Shown one piece after another: positions 39,801 through 51,300 of a stretch of 64,000 bases of DNA. The notes below the pieces were generated by a model, which saw only the letters and a program-made list of their open reading frames with translations, ran no database searches and had not been told where the DNA came from. The position numbers and the translations under genes were made by a program. The stretch is from contig OZ176053.1 of assembly GCA_964247055.1 (NCBI GenBank), positions 62,001 to 126,000 of the forward strand. The letters are read 5' to 3'. The DNA comes from Paragordius varius (taxonomy: Eukaryota > Animalia > Nematomorpha). The stretch's first letter is position 1, and each line of letters begins with the position of its first letter.

Positions 39801-40059
39801 GCAACACAATCAATTTTATTATGATTGTAATTAAATACGCTATGTAGAAAAAATTAAGGTTTAAAAAAGTATGGATGCCATTAAAATTTATATTTTTTCG
39901 TTTTGTCCGTATAATCACATTTTGTCTTCATAATTCAATTTTTACTTTAAGTTTAATGTAATTTATGCTATAATTTTGTTTCAATTATAGGCTTTTGCAA
40001 ACATGATTGAAATGGAACCAGATGAAGCCTTAAACATCTTATCAAAAAAGAAAATCTGA
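30983..40059 (+). CDS. RAP1/TERF2IP-type Myb-domain protein with a very long low-complexity region (about 14 exons, about 1000 aa)
   Basis: MTQRAVKQRHAYDFDEDMAILNYIIRNNKFLFVNGIDLWQKMYYKK|VTTHSAQSMRTHFLKVI matches the Rap1 Myb pattern (F/Y..eeD.AIL.Yv...v.G..LW..M......HSwQSmr.rflK). Approximate exons: 30983-31120, 31152-31323, 31567-31701, 31954-32322, 32504-32720, 32900-33036, 33189-33366, 34163-34645, 35403-35830, 37659-37736, 38081-38252, 38740-39073, 39255-39364, 39991-40059. Phases chain consistently except the donor near 35.83 kb. Confidence 0.8.
33467..33813. mobile_element. Foldback MITE with 21-bp subterminal tandem repeats, inserted in (TA)n
   Basis: Ends TA|CCATTTA..TTCAA.TTCA / TGAATTTGAATTGTAAATG.|TA. 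The unit aattcaaattcaccctcgaac is repeated in both arms in opposite orientation. Copies at 34947-35338, 50627-50861, 60429-60680 and (partial) 21254-21345. Confidence 0.85.
34947..35338. mobile_element. Foldback MITE with 21-bp repeats, second intronic copy
   Basis: tata|ccatttacagttcaaattcac ... gtaaatttgaattgtaaatgg|tata. Confidence 0.85.
36082..37268. mobile_element. hAT-type MITE carrying a nested LINE
   Basis: CAGGGG...CCCTG ends with an 8-bp near-identical flank (cattatac / tattatac) and internal gcggcc motifs. Confidence 0.7.
36380..37190. mobile_element. RTE-type LINE fragment with PHD finger and inverted 5' segment
   Basis: Minus strand 36890-36380: KCLNCLDP.., AIKRKIQQG, YKAGIRPALT, GSETW, RLRFYGH. 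Plus strand 36896-37190: INPTKTKIM..YPCSICRKEVRSNFIKCISCQMWVHKKCS..FKCLNC (C4HC3). Confidence 0.8.
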
Positions 40060-41357
40060 AAATTAGAAATTTGATATTAAAATTGTGGAAACAAATAGTA
40101 GAATATATAATTAATATAACTAATGTAAATTATATGATTTCAAATCACTTGCAAAATAAATAAATATATAAGAATATGGTGAGAAGCCTTTGATAATTTT
40201 TTTGCAGCAAGGATTAAAACTCGAATTGGTTGACCCGTGGTTTTAATGTATATTCTTTTGTTAGTTTGCAAAATTTCTTTTAAAGAAAAAAGGAGAATAT
40301 AGAAACTTTTATAGTTTATAACCTATTATTTCACTTATTAAAACATAAGCTATATCCCTCCCTACATTTAGAAACATAAATAGCAACCACATTTTACTTA
40401 AAATCCGGCACCACAATTATTTCGGTAAAAAAAATCTTTGGAACCGCGAAATCATTTGAACAAAACCGCTTTTTTTGGAAAAGGTTGTTTTAAATGATAT
40501 TAATAAATTGATAAAATTGCGTTTTATGAATATTATGCACAACAATTTTCTGTTTACATTTTTCCAATTCTAGCGAGTATTTAATTAAGATAAATTCCGT
40601 AAATAATGGTCTTTGTTTTACACTTCGTTACATTTTCACTTTTCTTCGTATATATTTTGGGTTAGTTATATATCCATGAGCTCAATTTTCTAAATTACAG
40701 TTTTGAAAGTTATTTTAGTTAAAATTTAATAATCAAACATTTTTCTCCTGTATTAGATAAAAAAGCTTATGTTTTTTACAGTTTTGTGACTTCTACAGTC
40801 TAAAATTGGGACACCTCTAAAACATTATTGAAACGAACAGCTGATATTTAAATCGAAACATATCAAGGTTTTGCTGGTAAAATGTAGCCTGAAAGCTTAT
40901 TAAAGTCAATTATTTACGTTTTCTAAACAAAAAAACATATGTTTGCAAGTTGCATTGGCTATTTCAAAAAATCATGGAAAAATGGCGGTAAAAAAGTTTT
41001 GCATGAGGATTTTTTACAATTTTACATTTTTTTAAAAATATTTTTTGTATTATGCGCCTAAAAGGCATAGAAAGTATATTTTTAAATTCGGCTTTTTTAA
41101 GATATTATAATGTTAAATCGCTCCGGAACCTAAAAGATAATGGAATCTGAATAAATATAAATGTATAGTAGTTTTGAAAATATGCCAGAAAATACGTATG
41201 CATATAATTCATTTTTTATTATATTAAACAGTATTTATACAATTTTAGGGATATTAAATACAATTATATAGAACTGGACAGGACATTTGACTAATATATA
41301 AATAGCAGAGTATAAATTATAAAATTTCAAATAATTAATATAAACATTTTTTCACTC

Positions 41358-42507
41358 TCAATTCTTTGCAAATAAATTAAGTTCATCTCGGTTATTAGTG
41401 GTTGTGTCAGTTTCATCACCATCTTCGGTGGTTCGGCTTTGAGAAGTTTTATTGTTATGTTCGATTTCTGATGGGCTTCTTATTTCATTCAAATTATGAT
41501 TTATATTACTGCGATTTTTATCAAAGGTTGTTGTTTCCACGTTACTTTTTGCTAATTTGTTGGTTATCAGCTAAAAAAATATGAAAAAAATAAATAATTA
41601 AAATATAATGACATCTAAACGAAATGTTATTTAAATTTTTAAAGTTGCTATAGTATCAAAAAATAACAATTACTATAATAAGGTTTTAAAATTTTTAGAT
41701 AGAAATATATAATTTTACCAGCGTAAATCTCGTGCTGCTACGCAGCACGAGGAAGTCCTTCGGACTTCTGGGGGGGGGGGGGGGGGGGGGGCTATTTGAA
41801 ATAAGAAACAATAAAATGATCCACATATGTGGATCATTTCGAAACATTATCTAAATATGATTTTATAGGAATTTTAAAACGGTGCATTCATACTATTATA
41901 TAGACTTGGGGAAAAATAAATTTAAAAAATTATTTTTGTGGACTTTGTTTTTTTTGAAAAAAATGGCATTTTACGGGGGTAGCGGGTAAAAAGAGGGCCT
42001 AAATCAAAAAAGTGACTCGACTATGTTCGGCGCAATCGAAAATAAGTAAACAAAAATCATATTTGAAATTGAATGGTCCAACACGTTCTCCAGAAAATTG
42101 TCTCAAAGACACGATTTTTGTGGACTTTTGTTTTAAAAAAAACGCGTTTTTCACACGGGGTAGGCCCGAACTGGGGGCCTATTTCAAAAAAAGGGCGAAG
42201 CTATTGTCGGTGCATTCATTAATGATTATATTTTTTCGATGTTTAAATTTGAATGGGTCTACCGGATTTCCGGTACCAGATCACAAAGCCAGCATTTTCC
42301 ATTTTTATAAATATATAGATTATTCTGCGAAAAAATTAATTTACAATATATAAAAATTAATTATTTATACTTTTTGATCAATGCTATCAGATGTCCTCTT
42401 ATTAAGATCAATGTCTATGGTAGGGATATGTGTATAATTTTTAGATTTTTTATTTTCCACTGTTTGGGCTTGATGAGGCCATGAATTGGAACTTTCATCG
42501 TTTGAAC

Positions 42508-42541
<34 letters not shown>

Positions 42542-45500
42542 CATTTTTCATGCAAAAACAACATTTGTCCGAGCAAAGACAACAATTTTTTTTTATTTTA
42601 TGACAATTCTATAATTATCCATTTAATTTTAAATTAATTTGTTAAATTTTAGCGTTGAATTATGATATTTATTCTTTTATTATATTAATAAGGATGTCGC
42701 CATAATTTTTTTTGGGTAACCTTTTGGTAGTTCCATCATCACCCCAAATATTTTTGTGATTGATTTTGCCCTAAATATAATTATATTATTTTTTATATCA
42801 AATATTCTAATTTATGATCAACTTTTTCATATATTAACATATATTTTAAATGTTTGTCTTTTTTAATATTTTAAACGTATATAAACCTTTGAGTTGCAAA
42901 ATTTTTATAGACTTTAACATGCAAACTATTTGTTAGGAATATTCAAATCGATGCAAAAAATCGAAATAACTAATGCTAGAACTATATATTTATATGTATT
43001 AGGATTAAAATATTTTTGTTGATTTACAATATTATTAATTATCCAACAGCGTTCACCATGTTATTCATGATTCTATTAAAGTACTTACTAGTTTCAATCC
43101 TTTCATGTGATTGTTTTAACTCCTTCTTCCAAGCGATCACATATTTGCTGATTAATAATGGGGCAGACATTCTCTGACGCACTTATAATTTAATTTTTGA
43201 GAACGAAATTTCAATAGGGTTAAACATATGTGAGTGCGGCGACAAGAAGTGTGACTGTCATACTTATAACTAGATATTGTAACATCCTATGTTTATATAA
43301 TTATTTTCCTTTAGATATTCACTAAAAGATATAAAAAATTCATTAATGCCTCAACTTTAGAATAAACATATCCGGTACGGCTCATGGCCCCAATTAAAGT
43401 TATATTAGGGCCCCTTGACGTGGGTCTAACAATGTTTGTCCTAGATCTGCGCTTTGATCTACCTTGTGATCTGCGTAAATGATTATTCAATCCATTTTCA
43501 TCAATATATATGATGTGAGATGTGGTTGAAATGTTTTTAGTGTACCATAAACTATATTCCTTTCTCAAATCGACTCTAGTTGGAGGATCATTAACTTTAT
43601 TGATTTCTCTATGTGTTAATTTTGGCTTTATTTTTAATTGAATCAATGCTCGATGTAAACTCGCAAGCGATATATTAATTTTTTCTTGTTCGTTCATAAC
43701 TCAAATAACAAATACTAACTTAAATTGAATCTCAGACTTTAAGTTGGTTTTTATCTTGAGTAGTGTGCGGAATGTATACTTCTTTATTTCTTCATTAAAG
43801 AGGTTGTCCGAAAAGAAACGGTTCTTGTATTTGTTTTCTCCATAGTGTTTTACTATGTGCTAGGTTTATATCTAATTTGTGTTGAGTCAAATCCTCTTGA
43901 ATTGTTTGCAAATATGTTTTATAAGTTGCCCGCTTTAGGTGCGTTGTCCACTTTGTATAACATGGTTTTTAGTATATGAAATTTGTTACCACCGCTAAAA
44001 TTATCAATAAACCTCGTGGCGGTCCAAGAATATATAAAATACACCAAAACGTTACTAATTTGATAGAAAATATGATAGAGCTCAATCCTCTGGCAACCTT
44101 AAAGTAACTCCAACAATTAAGTTATGAACAAACAAGAAAAAATTTAATATATCGCTTGCGAGTATACATCGAGCATTGATTCAGTTAAAAATAACGCTAA
44201 AATTAACACACAGAGAAATCAATAAAGTTAATGATTCTCCAACTAGAGTCGATTTGAGGAAGGAATATAGTTTATGATACACAAAAAACATTTCAACCAC
44301 ATCTTATATCATATATATTGATGAAACTGGATTGAATAATCATTTACGCAGATCACAAGGTAGATCGAAGCGCGGATCTAGGACATACATTGGTATCCCC
44401 ACGTCAAGGGGGCGTAATATAACCTTAATTGGGTCCATGGGCCGTACAGGATATGTTTATTTTAAAGTTGAGGTATTGAGAAATGTTAATGCTAATGTAT
44501 TCTTTATATTATGTTTATGTGACTATCTAAAGGATAATTATGTCAACAAAATCTTTTTTATGGATAATGCTACTTTACTATCTATAAAAAAGAAGTAATA
44601 AAGGATATTGCATCTAGTTTTAATTATATTGCAGTCAATTATTGTCGCCGTACTTATATAGGCTTAACCCTGTCGAATTTTCGTTTTCAATTAAATTATA
44701 CGTGAGTCAGCGGTTGTCTGACCCAAATAATAATAATCAGCAAATATGTGAGATTTTACAATATATATATAATTTATAATCTAATTCTAGCATTAATTAT
44801 TTCGATTTTTTGCATCATTCGATTTCAATATTCCTAACAAGTAGTTTGCATGTTAAATTATATAAAAGTTTTGAAACTCAAAGGGTTTTACATACGTTTA
44901 AAATATTAAAAAAGTCAAATATTTTTTAATAAAAATAATATATTTAAATATAGGGCAAAATCATAATGTTTGGAAATCATTTTACCATCCAATATTTATA
45001 TAATAAAAAGATAATCTAACGCTAAAATTTAAGAGATCATTAATTTAAAAATAAATGGTTGATTATAGAATTGTCTTATTAGTGTAAAAAATTGTTTTCT
45101 TTGGTTGAAAAAATGTTGCGTTTGCTTGAAAAAATTTTGCTTTTGCATGAACAATGGTATATAATAAAATAAATGTATTGTATATCTGTCATTATAAAAT
45201 TTTAACGTAAAAACTAAAAACTTGTTGGCTTATATTGATTGTTTTTTCGTTTTTAAAGGGTCATCTTTTATAACACCACAAATGCGATAATCCATTTAAA
45301 AATATCTAGTTTGTAGCTATTCTAATATAATTTACTATAGAATAAAATTATTTCTCCATTTTTTCACTAAAAAAATGTTTCAAGTTGTGATGTTTTTAAA
45401 ATGTTAAAATAAAAAGAGGAGAGCTATTGTAAATAAATTTACTATAAAACCTAAATTTTAGTGTGTCAAAAATATGTTACCTCATAAAACCATGATTTAC

Positions 45501-48341
45501 CCGTTGTTGATGTGATGTGGATGATTGATTTTTAGCTATTTCTTTCATATCTTTGACACTTTTAACAATTTGCGCGGCTGACCCTGAAGAACTAATTCCT
45601 GATGTTTGATCTTCTGATGAGATTTCTTCCTTTCCTTTATTCTTCGAGTTAATATCAATCTTTTCATTGAGATCTTTGGTATTCTGTTTTGAGTTAGAAG
45701 GGGGTATGATAACTGGTTTAAGATGATTTGTATTAGGTTTAATATGGTCCATATCCCTAGGTTGTTGTTTATTTGACTGTAATACTGAATTTTCTTGTGG
45801 AGTTTCGGTAGTACCAGATTCTGATAAGTTTGATGTAGTCGAATCTGTAGAAACGCTTTCTGATAATTCATCATTCCTTGAATTGGATTGTGACAATTTT
45901 TTTGGGAGCATTTTATCATACATAGTTGTTGATAATAAGTTTTTTTGAATATCGGCGCCGGAATTTTTTGAAACGACAGTGGTGTGACTTGAATCACCGT
46001 GTTGGTTTTGTAGGGCAGTATCAACAATCGAGTTAATATTTTCTTTCATCTTAGCAAACGTGGGATATTTCTATACAATATCAATAAAAAAAATTTTGAA
46101 AATTAAAATTTTTACATTAATTTATATTTTGCACTCAGTCGATATAATACAAATAAATATTTCATAGCATAGCTGTTGACATATTTGCCTTATTTATATT
46201 CCAAAACAGAAAAAAAGTGCATTTTTACACGGGAAAATCGTATATTTTTTCTTTTAAAGCTTTATTACATATGAGTTATAATGTAGAAATTTGAGCTATT
46301 TTCTACCAATATTAATGCGTATAACCGAAATGTCAAATATATAGTTATTCCTTAAGTTATTACCTAATTTCAAAACTTCTTTTATCACACATTAAAAGCT
46401 GATTAATAACTTAGAACCGTTGCTGTAAACAAACAATATTTAGGGTGAGTTGGAGGAAAGAGGGGATTCGATTACGTAATATGTAGATAATATGGATTAT
46501 TTAAAGTGTTATCAAATAAAACCGTATCATTACAATAATATTCTACATTTAATTTTAGTAATTTTCAAGTAAAATTAAAACAAAAGGCTCATAAGCGTTG
46601 TTGCAAACAACTGGACATGAGATAGACATTGTAGATTAATAAATGACAAACTATTAATGAAATAGTCTTTATATTAAAATTTTATTTTAAAAAAAACTAT
46701 TAATTAAATGAGTGGGTAACGACGAGAGTTTGTAATGTAAATGATGTTAGAATCGTCGTAAAATAACGCAAAAATAAAAATATAATTTATTAATTCTCAA
46801 ATTTTCGCCATAGGCATCATCAGGAGATTAGTTAAGAAAAATATATAAAACATAAGAAAATTAAAATTAAATTAAAAAAATGAACAAATCGCCGTGAAGA
46901 AAGGAAAGCTATAAATTCTGAAACTAAATCATTTATCAAAAATTATCGAATTTTTAATGACAAACCATTTTATAGTGTAGATATTACTTAAATTTTAATA
47001 ATTTTACGCTTACATTGTTTCATGTTAAATTATTATTTTATTTATGGCATTTCAATTAATTTTTGTGAAAAAAATTGGTTTTTTACATCACAACGGTTTT
47101 CTTTGTGATCTTTCTTTCTTTTGTCCACTAACGGTTATTTTGTGATTTTTTTCCAATATAAGTAATATCAACCATGATTTTGTTCATTTTTTTCATTATT
47201 ATCCTATTTTATATATATTTTTCTTAACTAATCTCTGATGATGCCTACGGCGAAAATTTGAGAATTAATAAATTATATTTTTATTTTTGCGTTATTTTAC
47301 GACGATTCTAACATCATTTACTATTAATTAAATTTTTAATAAAATCAAGGTGTAGAAAGTGAGTGGCTCAGAAACCGTTGTTGCAAAACAACATCTGTGG
47401 TGTGTGTGAGAGGGAAGTGTGGTTTAATCTCATCCCTTCATACATACAAAAGTATGTAAAAGAGATAATGTACATTACAGATGTGTTACCAGCATCTGTC
47501 TTCCCATCTCGTTCTAACACTTCATCATGGCCACTTTGGTTAGCTTTAAAGCCCCACTGATGTCGTAATTTAAGTTGAATGATTTGTACCTTATAAGATT
47601 TTGATGAGATTTACAAGGGAATATGTATGGAAAAAAATGTATTAAAGCATGCCTTAGGCTATTAATATTTATTTAGTTTTTAGATTATAATCTATATATT
47701 CTATATAATAACTTTAACATATCATCATACGCCATCTTTTTATCGGTCGGTTTAAACAAATACAGTATGCATTTTAATGGTTACTTATACTATAGTTGCA
47801 ATTTGCAACACAACAGTAGTGTATGGAAAAAACAACAAAATGTTAATACAATTATCATCTTTCTTTTTTCCAAATATATAAGGCTTTTTTGCTTTACATG
47901 TAAATGCAAAATATTAATTAATAAGCTATTCTTAAAAAAAAATAGCTGAATCCTGCGCCACTCAAAAAAGAAATAATTCTATATATTTTTTTAAATTAAT
48001 TACATCAATAAATAACAGAAAACATGAATTTTATCACTCCATGTATACAAAATTATTAGTTTGATCTAGTTTCCCCCATTTTTTAATTTTATATCGGAGA
48101 GATTCCCAAATTTTTTTAGTTTTGGCCATCATTATTAAAACAAAGCATAAACCCCGTTTTCTAAGTATACAGGTTGATAATATAACAACCCTAAGATATT
48201 AGCTAATATCAAAAATATTTAATTTTCAGTATTAGTAAAGAGTTTTTGCGAAATTTCGATCCGTGATACCCATATATTAATTAAATTTTGAACGGCCAGA
48301 ATTTTAAAAATATGAGGTAATGCTAAACAAAAAAATCCTAC

Positions 48342-48376
<35 letters not shown>

Positions 48377-51300
48377 TTGAAACGCAGTGTAAAGTCAATT
48401 TACCTAAATAAGTGTAATATTCCCATGTAAAAGACTGATTGATAAGAAATTTTATTAATCCTTTATTAGGGTATATATATAAAGCTGAAAAAATTTACAC
48501 AAACGTTTTATATAGGAGATATATGGATAAATTTATAAAAAAAATTGACTATTTAATTAATATTGTAAATATATATAATTGATTGTGTATTTAAAAAAAT
48601 CAAGATTTAAAAGTGTGGTTATCTTTTTGAAAAAAATATTTGTCTTTATATTTTCACGTTTTGTCCTTAGTGAAAGCATATATCCTAAAAACTTTAATAT
48701 TTTTTCATTTTGTTCTTAATTGTATTTCTTATATATTTATATTTTTAATAAGCATCAATAACTTTTAAAAATGTGTTTACCTGTGTCATTTTCAGTTCAT
48801 GTGCCATAATTTGTTTTGTGGGCTCCAACCTTTTGGACGTAATTTCCTAAATGTTATTAAAGTTAAAAAAATATTTGGAAACAAAATATACATTTTTCAA
48901 ATTTACCTCAGTTGTATTTGTAAGATTATAGTGTCGTAAATGCTTTTGAAAAGATGCTTCAATCTTTGGTTTAAGTCCGTCCACAAATGTTTGAGATAAG
49001 GCGTGTTTTCTATCTGTGTTGTTAATGCAGAAATAAAATTTAATCTTTTATTCTAAAATTAACTTAATTTTTTATAATATTTTTTCAATATAAACTACAT
49101 ATAGGATATTAGGTTTTTAGTAGACATGGTCAAAAATATAATTAATTTTAATGATAATAAGAAGAAAGTAAAAATGTTTCACGTTTATGAAATAAACATT
49201 TGTTTTTAGCGTAATTTTTTGTTTTTTATATAATAGGGAATCCTCAATTCCCCATAAAATCATTCTATGCGTAACATTTGCAAAAAAAATTTTTTTAAAA
49301 AAATTTCATCTTTGCGCGTATTTTTGCAAAAAATTTAATATTTCTCACCCGCTAAAATGAATTAATTAATACATTCATATTGATAACGATTTATGATAGG
49401 CTATTTTTTAAATGTTTTAAACAAAAACCAATAGTATAACATTTTACAATTACAGTAAAAACCTGAGATTATACAGACAAAAGGGATCTAAACAACCATA
49501 CCATACTTTTCGAATTTAGATTAATATAAATATTAAATGGCATATATACTAACACAATCAATTCCATATTTTACAATTGTATCTAAGTAGCTTATATGGG
49601 AAACATTAAGGTTTCAAAAAGTATTATTGGTTGTCTTTTAGAAAAAAATATTTGTCTTTATATTTATAGGTTCGTTTTGTCCGTATAATTTTAACTTTTA
49701 CTGTAAAATGCTTTTTTAAATCTGTCCTAGGATAAAAAAACGTTTTATTTCTAAATTTTACCGAGTTGATGTATATTAGAGTGAGAATTCAATGATCCCA
49801 AATACTGCATTAATGATTGCATTGCCAATGGTGTTATTTCAGATGTTGTTGATCTTGAATTAAAATTCTTACGTGAAATTTGCTGAGTATCAAAATTTTT
49901 GAGAATATTTTTCTTATTATCAAGTAGTTTCTTTTGTGTCACCGATTTTGACAAATTTGCAGTACTTTTTTGCGGTTTTTTATTATTATTATTGTTTAAA
50001 ATGGTTTTTCCATTTTTAGGATTGCTTTTGCTTGACTTTTTTTGTTGCTTAAGTTTTGCAGAGGAATTCGATTGAGAAGTTGTTTGAGTTTCTGAGTTTG
50101 ATGGCGAGTTTTCTGTCAAGCTACTCGTATCAGATTCTGACATTGAATTAGAACCATACTCTGAGGCTTGTTGTTTTCTCACCTAGGTTGAATTTATTTT
50201 TTTTGAAAAAAAAATCTTACAAAAATAATTTTATAGATATAATATCAAACTTGTTATTCAATAAATTATAAATCTTAATAAAAATCTTTATGGTGCATAA
50301 TGTAAACACATATTTAAAAAAAAGTTTTTTATTTTAATCTATACTACTTATTTTCACCTTAAACCGCCCCAATATAATTTCACTAGATTTATAGATGAAT
50401 AAATAGAATAATTAAATACCCTTTCTTCCAAATTTTGTATTCTATCCTTCCATAATGCTTCCTGTTGTGCCAAATCCCTCTTGTAATTTTTTTCGATTCT
50501 TTTAATCTAACGTTAATACAATATAATATAATATAATTATAATATTTATATGAATACCGTCAGTTTTTTGTTATGTTTCAACATGAAACCGCATATAAAA
50601 AATCATTTTTTTTAATCAAAAATATACCATTATTTAAATTCACCCTCGAACAATTCAAATTCACCCTCGAATAAATTGCATATGTTTTTTAAGATTAAAA
50701 AATTACCTATGTTTTTATATATTTACAAAAGATTAAAATTTTGTTTTAAATTAAAATAATACTGAATAATAATAAACTATGACATAAAGATATATTTCAT
50801 ATTATTTATATATTAGTTCGAAAACATATAACCTTTTGGGGTGAATTTGAACTGTAAATGATATAGCATCATTAACCAATAAAAAAACCACAAAAAAGGT
50901 TTAACTTATATAAGAACAATTAAAAATAGTTTATTTAAAGTTTAACATGTTTTTGTAAAACATCAAGTTAACTGTAATATTCATTTCGCGTAAATAATAT
51001 GGCAGAAAAAAATATAAAAGTCATTTTTTACCATAGCTCAGAAAGAATTAAGATTAAAATAACTCTGATTGTATACAAATAAAAAAATAAAATAAAATCA
51101 GTATATTGAATACATGATGGCATCTAATGGAAAATTTAATCAACCCGCTAAAATCTTTTTGTATTTACCTCAGTTTGTAAGGCAGACTTGTTGTATGGAA
51201 TTGTTTTTGGTTCATTTTTTGCATTCTGGCGTGGTAAACTATATTGATAAAAATAAATTAAAATGCACTTCAATAAATTATTTTTAGTGAAAAAAAATAT

